Positions 52,374-63,482 of a stretch of DNA of 64,000 bases are shown here, in pieces. The notes below the pieces were generated by a model that worked only from the letters and a program-made list of their open reading frames with translations, did no database searches and was not told the DNA's origin. Where the stretch lies: NCBI GenBank assembly GCA_964016885.1, contig OZ024741.1:112468001-112532000 (forward strand). The letters run 5' to 3'. Source of the stretch: Eledone cirrhosa (taxonomy: Eukaryota). The position numbers and the translations under genes were made by a program. Position 1 is the stretch's first letter. The number at the start of each line of letters is the position of its first letter.

Positions 52374-54905
52374 GTTAGTCTCTTACAAAGTTGAATCTTA
52401 TAGTTGGTTTCTTGGGTGTTTTAATGAGAGACACCAGTTATATCATGAAAATGACTCTTTATATTTCGTTAGTCTCTTACAAAGTTGAATCTTATAGTTG
52501 GTTTCTTGGGTGTTTTAATGAGAGACACCAGTTATATCATGAAAATGACTCTTTATATTTCGTTAGTCTCTTACAAAGCTGAATCTTATAGTTGGTTTCT
52601 TGGGTGTTTTAATGAGAGACACCAGTTATATCATGAAAATGACTCTTTATATTTCGTTAGTCTCTTACAAAGCTGAATCTTATAGTTGGTTTCTTGGGTG
52701 TTTTAATGAGAGACACCAGTTATATCATGAAAATGACTCTTTATATTTCGTTAGTCTCTTACAAAGTTGAATCTTATAGTTGGTTTCTTGGGTGTTTTAA
52801 TGAGAGACACCAGTTATATCATGAAAATGACTCTTTATATTTCGTTAGTCTCTTACAAAGCTGAATCTTATAGTTGGTTTCTTGGGTGTTTTAATGAGAG
52901 ACACCAGTTATATCATGAAAATGACTCTTTATATTTCGTTAGTCTCTTACAAAGTTGAATCTTATAGTTGGTTTCTTGGGTGTTTTAATGAGAGACACCA
53001 GTTATATCATGAAAATGACTCTTTATATTTCGTTAGTCTCTTACAAAGTTGAATCTTATAGTTGGTTTCTTGGGTGTTTTAATGAGAGACACCAGTTATA
53101 TCATGAAAATGACTCTTTATATTTCGTTAGTCTCTTACAAAGCTGAATCTTATAGTTGGTTTCTTGGGTGTTTTAATGAGAGACACCAGTTATATCATGA
53201 AAATGACTCTTTATATTTCGTTAGTCTCTTACAAAGCTGAATCTTATAGTTGGTTTCTTGGGTGTTTTAATGAGAGACACCAGTTATATCATGAAAATGA
53301 CTCTTTATATTTCGTTAGTCTCTTACAAAGTTGAATCTTATAGTTGGTTTCTTGGGTGTTTTAATGAGAGACACCAGTTATATCATGAAAATGACTCTTT
53401 ATATTTCGTTAGTCTCTTACAAAGCTGAATCTTATAGTTGGTTTCTTGGGTGTTTTAATGAGAGACACCAGTTATATCATGAAAATGACTCTTTATATTT
53501 CGTTAGTCTCTTACAAAGCTGAATCTTATAGTTGGTTTCTTGGGTGTTTTAATGAGAGACACCAGTTATATCATGAAAATGACTCTTTATATTTCGTTAG
53601 TCTCTTACAAAGTTGAATCTTATAGTTGGTTTCTTGGGTGTTTTAATGAGACACCAGTTATATCATGAAAATGACTTTTTATATTTCGTTAGTCTCTTAC
53701 AAAGCTGAATCTTATAGTTGGTTTCTTGGGTGTTTTAATGAGAGACACCAGTTATATCATGAAAATGACTCTTTATATTTCGTTAGTCTCTTACAAAGTT
53801 GAATCTTATAGTTGGTTTCATGGGTGTTTTAATGAGAGACACCAGTTATATCATGAAAATGACTCTTTATATTTCGTTAGTCTCTTACAAAGTTGAATCT
53901 TATAGTTGGTTTCTTGGGTGTTTTAATGAGAGACACCAGTTATATCATGAAAATGACTCTTTATATTTCGTTAGTCTCTTACAAAGCTGAATCTTATAGT
54001 TGGTTTCTTGGGTGTTTTAATGAGAGACACCAGTTATATCATGAAAATGACTCTTTATATTTCGTTAGTCTCTTACAAAGCTGAATCTTATAGTTGGTTT
54101 CTTGGGTGTTTTAATGAGAGACACCAGTTATATCATGAAAATGACTCTTTATATTTCGTTAGTCTCTTACAAAGTTGAATCTTATAGTTGGTTTCTTGGG
54201 TGTTTTAATGAGACACCAGTTATATCATGAAAATGACTTTTTATATTTCGTTAGTCTCTTACAAAGCTGAATCTTACAGTTGGTTTCTTGGGTGTTTTAA
54301 TGAGAGACACCAGTTATATCATGAAAATGACTCTTTATATTTCGTTAGTCTCTTACAAAGTTGAATCTTATAGTTGGTTTCTTGGGTGTTTTAATGAGAG
54401 ACACCAGTTATATCATGAAAATGACTCTTTATATTTCGTTAGTCTCTTACAAAGCTGAATCTTATAGTTGGTTTCTTGGGTGTTTTAATGAGAGACACCA
54501 GTTATATCATGAAAATGACTCTTTATATTTCGTTAGTCTCTTACAAAGTTGAATCTTATAGTTGGTTTCTTGGGTGTTTTAATGAGAGACACCAGTTATA
54601 TCATGAAAATGACTCTTTATATTTCGTTAGTCTCTTACAAAGCTGAATCTTATAGTTGGTTTCTTGGGTGTTTTAATGAGACACCAGTTATATCATGAAA
54701 ATGACTCTTTATATTTCGTTAGTCTCTTACAAAGCTGAATCTTATAGTTGGTTTCTTGGGTGTTTTAATGAGAGACACCAGTTATATCATGAAAATGACT
54801 CTTTATATTTCGTTAGTCTCTTACAAAGCTGAATCTTATAGTTGGTTTCTTGGGTGTTTTAATGAGAGACACCAGTTATATCATGAAAATGACTCTTTAT
54901 ATTTC
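52374..54905. repeat. 94-bp tandem minisatellite, 27 copies
   Basis: Unit GTTAGTCTCTTACAAAG[T/C]TGAATCTTATAGTTGG...GACTCTTTATATTTC; three units are 92 bp. Confidence 0.97.
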
Positions 54906-55826
54906 CTAGGAGGATTAGCAGTATTGGTAGAGCATCAGCCACCATGTTTTGCAATATAGAGTAATGGCCCTTAACATTTTGAATTCAAATCCCGCTGAAG
55001 TTAGCTTTGCCTTTCATCCTTACGGGGTTGATAAAATGTAATGCACTGGGGGTGATTTAATCGACTTTCCCCTCCCCTTCAAATTGCTGGCCTTGTGCCT
55101 AAAGTAGAAATAATCATTGTTATTGTTATTAGGGCAGTGGATTGGCAGTATCGGTAGAGAGTCAGACACCATGCTTTGCAGCATAGATTTACCGTCTTTT
55201 ACGTTCTGAGTTCAAATCCCACCATGGTTAGCTTTGCCTTTCATCCTTACAGGGTCAATAAAATAAAGTACCAGTGTCGATTTAATTGACTTTCTCCTCT
55301 CCCCAAATTGCTGGGCTTGTGCCTATAGTTTAAATCATTATTACCATTATTAGAAGGGCGGTGGATTGACAGTATTGGTAGAGGGTCGGACGCCATGCTT
55401 TGGTGGATTGACAGAATTGTTAGAGCATCAGGCAAAATGCGCCGTGGTATTTATTTAAGACTCTTGATTTCAAATCGAATGTAAAGAGCCATAAAGAAAT
55501 AAATCAATCCAAGGTCAATTTTGCCTTGGTTCGATAAAACAAAATATTAATCAAGTATTTGGATTGATTTAATAAACTTTGCCCTTCCTCCAAATTTGCT
55601 GACCTTGTGCCTAAATCAGGAATCATTATTATTGCTATGGATTGGCAGTATCGGTAGAGGGTCGGACGCCATGCTTTGACGCATAGAGTTACGGCCCTTG
55701 CCATTCTGAGTTCAAATTCCGCCGAGGTTAACTTTGCCTTTCATCCTTACGAGGTCGATAAAATAAAGTACCAGTAATGTACTGGGTATTTGCTGGCCTA
55801 ATGCCAAAAGTAGAAACAATTATTAT
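54906..55826 (+). mobile_element. Head-to-tail array of about five family-B SINE copies
   Basis: Repeated GGATTGGCAGTATCGGTAGAG..GAGTTCAAATCC..GCCTTTCATCCTTAC..TTGTGCCTA..ATTATT. Confidence 0.85.
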
Positions 55827-55941
55827 TGCTATCATCTAGCTGTTCTATATTATGTGTTCTGTACATATTAGTTCCATTACACTGTCACTTTCTCTGTTCA
55901 TCTATATTTTTTGCCATAAAACACACGCACACTCACACAGG

Positions 55942-55998
<57 letters not shown>

Positions 55999-56333
55999 TC
56001 TCTATCTCTCTATGTGTGTATCTCTATCACCCGGACACACTTTATCACTTCGTCTCTCTCTCTCTTCCTCTCTCTCTCCCCCTTTCTTTCACACATACAA
56101 CACAACATGCTATCTCTTTCTCATTCATTGTTTCACTTCTTTTCACACTGTGTAGTGAAAAGCAAAAATAAAATAGAAACGAAAGCAAACAAAACATTTT
56201 TATGTATAGTTTCTTCTTTATTTATTATTTTTCTTTGTGTACTTTATATCAGTTCTTAAATATTTCTTAAATTATATTTTTTCTATTTTTTCTTTTAGGT
56301 AAACAATGATTAACTTCTGACAATCTTCGTTAC

Positions 56334-56411
<78 letters not shown>

Positions 56412-56503
56412 GTCTGTATGCATATGGTATGGTGTCTGATGTTCTCTACCCTGGAGACAGTCAGTCCTGCAATAAGTTTCCTTTTTTCAATACAGTAAGT
56501 CTG

Positions 56504-56540
<37 letters not shown>

Positions 56541-57207
56541 GACAAAAATAATAATTAAAAAGTCAAAATATGAAGAAAAAAAAATTATTAATAAAAAAAA
56601 TGTTTTCTCTCATCATTGATGTTATCGTTAATGTTGATATAAGGGATGGTGTTGTGGGACGGTGTATTCTGTTTGCTATATATCATCAAGCAGTAGTTTA
56701 TGATTATTTTTATAGATGTTTTCTATTGTTTCTCTGTTTTATTTTATTTGTGTTGTTTATACATTTGTGCATGTATGTCTGCATGACTACTGGAGTATGT
56801 GTGCTTATATGTAATGTATTTTGTTCGATATATCTGAGAAAATGTATATAAATGAGTGGTGTGTATGCATGTGAGTGTGTATGTAAATATATAATCGGTG
56901 TATTTCTTTCAACATATTTGAGAAAATCTGTACGGATGTATATATATATACATAAATAAGGGATTGTATTCAATGTGTCTGAGACATTGTCTATATTGGC
57001 CAGAAATATGTATTTGTGCTTGTGTTTATGAAGAAATAAAGAAAATAAAGCTTCTTTCCTTCTATTGTTGTATAATTTAATATGTATTCATAGAATGGGA
57101 ACACAAGTGAAACCCCTTAAAGTAAAATTGATTATATAACAAAATATTTTATATATATGCATATATATATATATATGTGTGTATATATATGCATATATAT
57201 ATATATA

Positions 57208-57459
57208 CAATATATTAATAAATTGAAACTATATTTATAAAACCATATTTATTTTATTATACATATTTCAAGGGCAACAAGGCAAATTATGGTGCGCTTT
57301 CATCAGATAAAATACAGATTTGTTTTATAAATAAATATTGACATACCCGGAAAAAGACAACCTTAACGGTTGGAGCTTCCCTGACTTGGTTGCCCTTGAA
57401 ATATGTATAATAAAATAAATATGATTTTATAAATATAGTTTCCATTTATTAATATATTG
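57208..57459. mobile_element. ORF-less fold-back mini-element built from an HHR-bearing PLE-like terminus
   Basis: 71-bp inverted arms 57208-57278 and 57389-57459 with 2 mismatches; complete HHR on the minus strand. Confidence 0.8.
57250..57314 (-). ncRNA. Type-I hammerhead ribozyme motif
   Basis: UAUUUUAU-CUGAUGA-AAGCGCA...UGCCCUU-GAAA-UAUGUA-UA-AUAAAAUA; 8-bp stem I, canonical core, AUA triplet. Confidence 0.88.
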
Positions 57460-57472
57460 TGTATTTACTCCA

Positions 57473-57540
<68 letters not shown>

Positions 57541-59425
57541 CAAGAGGACCAAGAACAGATCCCTGTGGTACACCAGATGACATCTCATATGGTGAAGAAT
57601 GCTGTCCTAGAACCGTGACTACTTCCTTTCGGCTGAGAATGAAGGATTTCAGCCAGTCGAAAAGATCATCCCTCACACCCATTGCAGAAAGTTTTGCCAT
57701 AAGTCTTTTGTGTGGCACAGAATTAAAAGCCTTAGCAAAGTCAAGGTAAACAACATCCACCCATGAGCCGCTGTCAGTGATCCGGGTGATGTCCTCAAGG
57801 AACTCGATAAGCTGATCACAGCAGCTGGAGTTAGGGATAAATCCAAACTGTGAGGGCCGGATGAGGCTGTGAGAGCTCCAGAAGTTCCAAAGTGTTTCTC
57901 TGACACAGGATTCCATCAGTTTGGCCATACAGCTAGTAAGACTGACTGGACGATAGTTGACAGGTGACATGCGGTTGCCCTTTTTGAACAGGGGAATGAC
58001 ACTGGCAGTTTTCCACTGCTCCGGAGTAGCACCATTGCTGAGACAGTATTGAAAGAAAAAAGAAAGCTGGCGCAAAAGGAAATCCCCGCCACGTTTGAGA
58101 AGCAGGTATGTCACACCATCAAGACCAGGGGAGGCATAGTTGCGCTTATTCTTAAGGTGACGTCGCAACATTGCAGGTGTAAATTCCATAGTTGTTATGG
58201 AATTTGATGGTGGAGATGGTACATTCTGGTTTTCAACAGTAAAAATACTTGCATAGCACTCAGCAATGAGTTCTGCGCATTCCTTGGGATCGTCAGTGAT
58301 CTGGCTTGTGTGGGGATTGCGAAGAGAACCAACTGGAGAGTGAGGTCTCTGCTTTGAATGAACATATTTCCAGAACACCTTACTGTCAGGATTGGTTGCG
58401 ATGCACTGTTCAAATTCAAGCACTGCCTTCTTTGTCACTTGCTTGAGATGGTTAGAAGATTTATTCCGCTTTTTTCTGTTGGCATCTGATCTATGCAGTT
58501 TATATTCCCGTTCAGCGTTCCGACGTTCTTTCCTGGCAAGTCGGACCGCTGAAGTTTCCCAGATTGCACTTTTGGGGTGGTTATTTTTCCGCTTCCGTGG
58601 CACTGATGCTGCACACGCTATCCATATTGAGTCCAGGATGCTCTGGAGTATAGAGTTCACATCTCCAGAGTTATACATCTCATGCCAGTTTGGGCGCTGT
58701 AGCTCAGTGCAGTACAAGTTCCAATCCGCCCTCTTCCAATCAAAGCAAGCAGATTGGAGATGGCTCTGGTTTTTGTTGCTGCCCTCAAGTGCCAGATTGG
58801 CAATGATCATAGCATGATCAGAGTCGCCTAGAGGTTCCTCAGTAGTACAACTGATAACCACTTCAGGAGTAGTGGTGAAGATCAGGTCCAAAGTGTTGTC
58901 ACCTCTTGTTGGAGAGGTGACTACTTGTGACCAGTTTGAGTCCAGCACTAGTTCAAGGAAATCGTTTGCACCCTGTGGCCAACGAAAGGTTTCCCAATCG
59001 ATCTCAGGATGATTGAAGTCACCTGCAATAAACACATAAGTGGCTGTTTTCTTGGCAGCAACTCTGAGGATATCGCAAAGCTGTGTGTCCTGATGGTAGT
59101 TTGGGGGGCGATAAACAACACCAAGCAGAAGTGTTGACATAGTCATACGTATGTCACAGAAAAAAACTTCTTCCTGTGATTCGTTCAAATCAACGCAAGG
59201 AATTACCGAAAAGTTTGAACGAACGTAGACCATCACACCACCACCACGGCGGTTAATGCGGTCCTTGCGGAAAAGGTTGTACCCAGTAATGGTGAAAACC
59301 CCATCACAGAGTAAGGAATGTGCCCATGTTTCCATGACTGTGATGAAGTCAGGGTCGATGCTTCTGACGTAGGATTCGAACAGATGTATCTTGTTGCATA
59401 AACTGCGAGCATTTAAGGACAACAA
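57541..59425 (-). CDS. LINE ORF2 N-terminal part (APE endonuclease plus RT up to GVPQGSVLGPL)
   Basis: NARSL, ETW, GGGV, VYRPP, GDFN, TLDLIFT, SDH, NYRPVSLTS, QFGF, YLDFAKAF, GVPQGSVLGPL; uninterrupted. Confidence 0.9.
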
Positions 59426-59481
59426 TTTGTACCCTGCTCGCAGTCTATGATGGTGTGTAGAGGGTGGCAGGTTGTTCTGGT

Positions 59482-59786
59482 TTAGTTTCCCAGAGTTGTA
59501 GCAGTTTTTACATTGCCAGTTATTGTGGGTAGATCACACTCAGACCAGCTGGTATCTCTCTTCCACGTTTCACCAGCCTTGACAAACCTCCAGACCTGCC
59601 CATCATCACTCAGACTGAAACTTTCATCTTGTGCTGAGTTCCGATTCAAGGAAGCTGCAGTACGTAGTTTTGGACGTACATGGGGTGGTAGGCCTGGGCG
59701 TGTTCGGAAGGTAATCCGATTTTCACGCCCAGCTTTAGCAGAGGCCAGATGATATGAGGTTGCCTCTGCGGGGTCCGAGAAAGACA
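59482..59786 (-). CDS. Probable LINE ORF1 C-terminal fragment
   Basis: Open frame ending ..TLGN* just upstream of ORF2 in the same orientation. Confidence 0.55.
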
Positions 59787-60653
59787 GTGGCATATATTAA
59801 TGACATAGATGCCAACTTACAGAATGCCACGGTACTAAAATATGCAGATGACATCAAGCTGTACCTTGAAATCAAAAGGACTGATCCTGAAATTTACAAT
59901 TCTTTCCTACAATCAGACCTGGACACAATGCAGCAATGGATCACAGACTGGCAACTGAAGCTGGCTGTGGACAAGTGTACCACCATGCATTTTGGAAGGA
60001 AAAATCCAGCGTCCACATACTCTCTCCACAACACTGACATCAAAAAGTCCTCTTGTGAACGTGACCTGGGCATTAATGTCAGCAACGATTTGCGTTGGAC
60101 AAAGCATGTCTCTAAGATTGTCAAGAAGGCCGAGGGTGTCTTGGCATCACTCAGCAAGACCTTTGTTAGCCGCTCTCCAGCCATCTATTTAAAACTGTAT
60201 ACAGCTATGGTGCGACCACACTTGGAATTCGCATCATCAGTCTGGAACCCCTATCTTGCTCGGAACATTGACCTCCTGGAAACTGTTCAGAGACGTGCAA
60301 CCAAGCGCATACCCTCCATCAGACACCTACCATACTCTGAACGCCTTGCTTCCCTGGGTATGGATTCATTGAAGCTCCGACGTCTGGCAATGGACTTGGT
60401 GAATACCCACAAAGTTTTTAACCATCTCGCCAACTGCAACCCTGAGCGCCTCTTTGATCTCCATGTGTCTAACACACGTGGACATGCCTACAAGATAAGA
60501 AAACAGCACAGCTCCCATGACTTTCGCAGACATTTCTTCACGCTCAGAGTTGCTGAAGCATGGAACAAACTGCCTGCGTCAATTGTTAGCTGCCGAGACA
60601 CTGCATCCTTTAAGACACTCATGCTTCCCGAAATACGCCAAAACTACACCTGA
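59787..60653 (+). CDS. LINE ORF2 C-terminal part (RT YADD and thumb)
   Basis: VAYINDI, KYADDIKL, ERDLGI, LYTAMVRPHLEF, VWNP, VQRRATK, TRGH..K, FFTLRVAEAWNKLP. Confidence 0.9.
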   Translation: MAYINDIDANLQNATVLKYADDIKLYLEIKRTDPEIYNSFLQSDLDTMQQWITDWQLKLAVDKCTTMHFGRKNPASTYSLHNTDIKKSSCERDLGINVSNDLRWTKHVSKIVKKAEGVLASLSKTFVSRSPAIYLKLYTAMVRPHLEFASSVWNPYLARNIDLLETVQRRATKRIPSIRHLPYSERLASLGMDSLKLRRLAMDLVNTHKVFNHLANCNPERLFDLHVSNTRGHAYKIRKQHSSHDFRRHFFTLRVAEAWNKLPASIVSCRDTASFKTLMLPEIRQNYT

Positions 60654-60930
60654 TGTACCCCTTCCATACACATGCACACATGTGTGTATCATGACTCGTG
60701 CACTGTTCATTTTACTGATGTTTGTGCATTGCCCTATGTACTGTACATGCACTTTTTTGATGAGTTGTGGTGCACCTGGGCACTGTACACAATATTTCAT
60801 TATTGTTATTGTTATTATATCATGACTCATACACTGTTCATTTTCCTGACATTTGTACATTATTCTATGTACTATACATGCACCTTTGATGAGTTGTAGT
60901 GCACCTGAGCACTGTACACAATAATTTCAT

Positions 60931-60986
<56 letters not shown>

Positions 60987-61119
60987 ATACTTTGGGAGGG
61001 TCATGTTGCCAATAAGAAACACACGCACCAGTTGCTTTCACTTCAATTTATTATTATAATAAATTTATAAATTTCTGGTTGGTTGGTTGGTTCCACAACC
61101 AGATAGTTATTTATATATT

Positions 61120-61162
61120 GTCATAGTTCTTTCGTCACACACTCTGTGACCTCTTCAGTGAC
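61120..61162 (-). ncRNA. Minimal type-I hammerhead ribozyme (3' pseudo-LTR)
   Basis: GUCA-CUGAAGA-G-GUCACA(GAGUG)UGUGAC-GAAA-GAAC-UA-UGAC. Confidence 0.88.
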
Positions 61163-61363
61163 TGGGGATTCCTTTCTTTGTTTCTGTGCCTCTCCTTTGT
61201 CCTGTCCTACGCCATTTTGTTTCTGTGTGTGTGTTGTGTGCTCAGTCTGCGCATGCGCCACATCCAGGTGTCTGTGTGTGTTTGTGTTCATTTATTTATT
61301 TGTTTATTTACATGTTACTGGTTGGTTGTTTGTTCTATGTGTGTGTGTGTTTTCATTTTGTCC

Positions 61364-62809
61364 TTAATTGTAAGTTGTGATGTTGCTGTTCCACTCATAT
61401 TTTCTATTTAATTTTGGTTGTAATTCTTTTATGTTTATTGCCTCTGTAATTTGTCTAAACATTGCGTCTTTTCTGTGTGTAGATTCTATTTTTATTTCTA
61501 TGTTCTCTAATTTACCCTTGTGTTCTATTTTAGCATGTTGGTAGAGTACAGATGATTCTTTACTATCTTGAAGGTCTCGCCAGTGTTCGTTTATCCGTTC
61601 CCCTACACTACGAGCTGTCTCACCTATGTACACTATATTTTTGTCTCTACATTGTCCTTCAGTACATCTTATGCTATACACTACATTTCTAGTTTTACAG
61701 TTAATATGGGGGCTTATTTTACAGGTTATACATTTCTTATCTATACATGAGGGTCTTTGGAACGGGTATGTCTTGCTAATAAGTGTTTTTACGGAGGTAC
61801 CTGGTCTTTCTACTATCTTAATATTGAGTTTATGTTTATTTAGGGCCCTTCTAAATTTGTAAGCTAATTCACCTCTAGGGGTTGTATCGATGAACATTAC
61901 ACTCTGGTATTTATTGCTATCATACCATGAGTTTATTCTATTAGCCTTGTTCCTAGTTCTTTCTATACTATTCCAAAATTTGCTCCTATACAAGGGGCAG
62001 GTCCCATTTATGTCATGATTTACCATTTTTTCCCATTTGGTTCTGGCTCCTCTATACACTCTGATTTTATCTCTCTGATTGTAGCCAGAGAACTGCATAC
62101 GGTGGATGAAGTGTTGTATGTGTCTCTCTAGTTCTTCGGGGTTGCACATGCGGGACACGTTTCTCATCACCCGTACCAAATCCGCAATCAGTATGTTGAT
62201 TTTGGTATGGTCCGAAACGGCCGAGTTTCGGTGGATCAGATGTTTGGAAGTCATGGGTTTGGCATAATGGGAATGGAGGATTTGTTTTTTGTTATTAATG
62301 GTATCTAACCAGAGCTCTGTGTCTAGTACAGGTAATCGATGGTTGGGGTGTTTACTTGGGTAGTCTATAGTAACTCTAATGCTCCGGTGGATGGAGTTAG
62401 CTATTTACTGGATGCTTTCCATTGTGTTTTTCTCTAGTTCCTGACTGTTCTCTAGTGGGGGTGTCTTAACTACGATCTTTATATCATCAACGTAGCGGGA
62501 GTACATTATCAGGGTTAAGGGGTCTTCTAATTGTTCTTTAAGCTTAAGTTTAAGTCTACTGTCCCACCATACCATGAATAAGTTAGCTATGTCGCCTGCA
62601 ATGCTAATACCAATGGCTGCTCCTTCCTCTTGGGCATATGTTTTTCCATTAAATTTGAACATATGTTCCTTAAGGGTTAGTTTTATGCTGGCGCCTACCG
62701 CATGTGCAATCATTTTCTTCAGTTCATCGTGGTTTTCGGGTGTCCGTATGACTCTTGTCCACCCGTTCCATCTATCTGTGTGGGTTTTCTTGGCCATTGA
62801 GGTTATGGT
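61364..62809 (-). pseudogene. PLE RT plus GIY-YIG ORF with a single in-frame TAA
   Basis: ORFs 62405-62959 and 61364-62254 are in the same frame, separated only by the stop at 62405-62407. Confidence 0.85.
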
Positions 62810-62982
62810 AGGCGACATAGCTAACTTATTCATGGTATGGTGGGACAGTAGACTAGAACATAAACACACACAGACACCCGGATGTGGCGCATGCGCAGAC
62901 TGAGCACACAACACACACACAGAAACAAAATGGCGTAGGACAGAACAAAGGAGAGGCACAGAAACAAAGAAAGGAATCCCCA

Positions 62983-63025
62983 GTCACTGAAGAGGTCACA
63001 GAGTGTGTGACGAAAGAACTATGAC
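62983..63025 (+). ncRNA. Minimal type-I hammerhead ribozyme (inverted pseudo-LTR copy)
   Basis: Identical motif on the opposite strand. Confidence 0.88.
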
Positions 63026-63218
63026 AATATATAAACAACTATCTGGTTGTGGAACCAACCAACCAACCAGAAATTTATAAATTTATTATAATAATAAATT
63101 GAAGTGAAAGCAACTGGTGCGTGTGTTTCTTATTGGCAACATGACCCTCCCAAAGTATAACAATATCGGTTTCAACACACGATTTCAGATAAAGAATCTT
63201 GCTAAACAAATTCAGAAA

Positions 63219-63258
<40 letters not shown>

Positions 63259-63420
63259 CAATTACAGAGATAGCTTAACGCTAAACTCCGACTGGTAACC
63301 ATCTCACTCAACAAACATTAGGTTATATGTTAGTATAACCCAATTTAAGTGTTTGGGGTGCTAACTATATGTATTTTGTGGAAAGCCAGTTGTATTATTT
63401 TATGAGATATAATTAAAGTT

Positions 63421-63477
<57 letters not shown>

Positions 63478-63482
<5 letters not shown>

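Larger units (their letters stand above)
57541..60935. mobile_element. CR1/L2-type LINE with inverted 5' segment
   Basis: Minus strand 57541-59786 encodes the ORF1 end, APE endonuclease and RT N-half; plus strand 59787-60935 encodes the RT C-half and 3' UTR. Confidence 0.93.
60981..63220 (-). mobile_element. Penelope-like element, 5'-truncated, with inverted pseudo-LTR (second family)
   Basis: RT GAAIG, YSRYVDD, LPVLD; GIY-YIG NVVYSIRC..YIGETAR..RINEH..LNRKYEW; inverted repeats at about 60981-61290 and 62855-63163; (TA)n on both flanks. Confidence 0.93.

Noticed and set aside
52374-54905. CRISPR array or repeated 63-aa protein
   Set aside because: Units are contiguous and near-identical with no unique spacers and no cas genes; the ORFs are by-products of the 94-bp period.
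60755-60795. UUGAUGA plus hairpin in the LINE 3' UTR as a hammerhead
   Set aside because: No GAAA or stem III; better explained as a LINE tail stem-loop.
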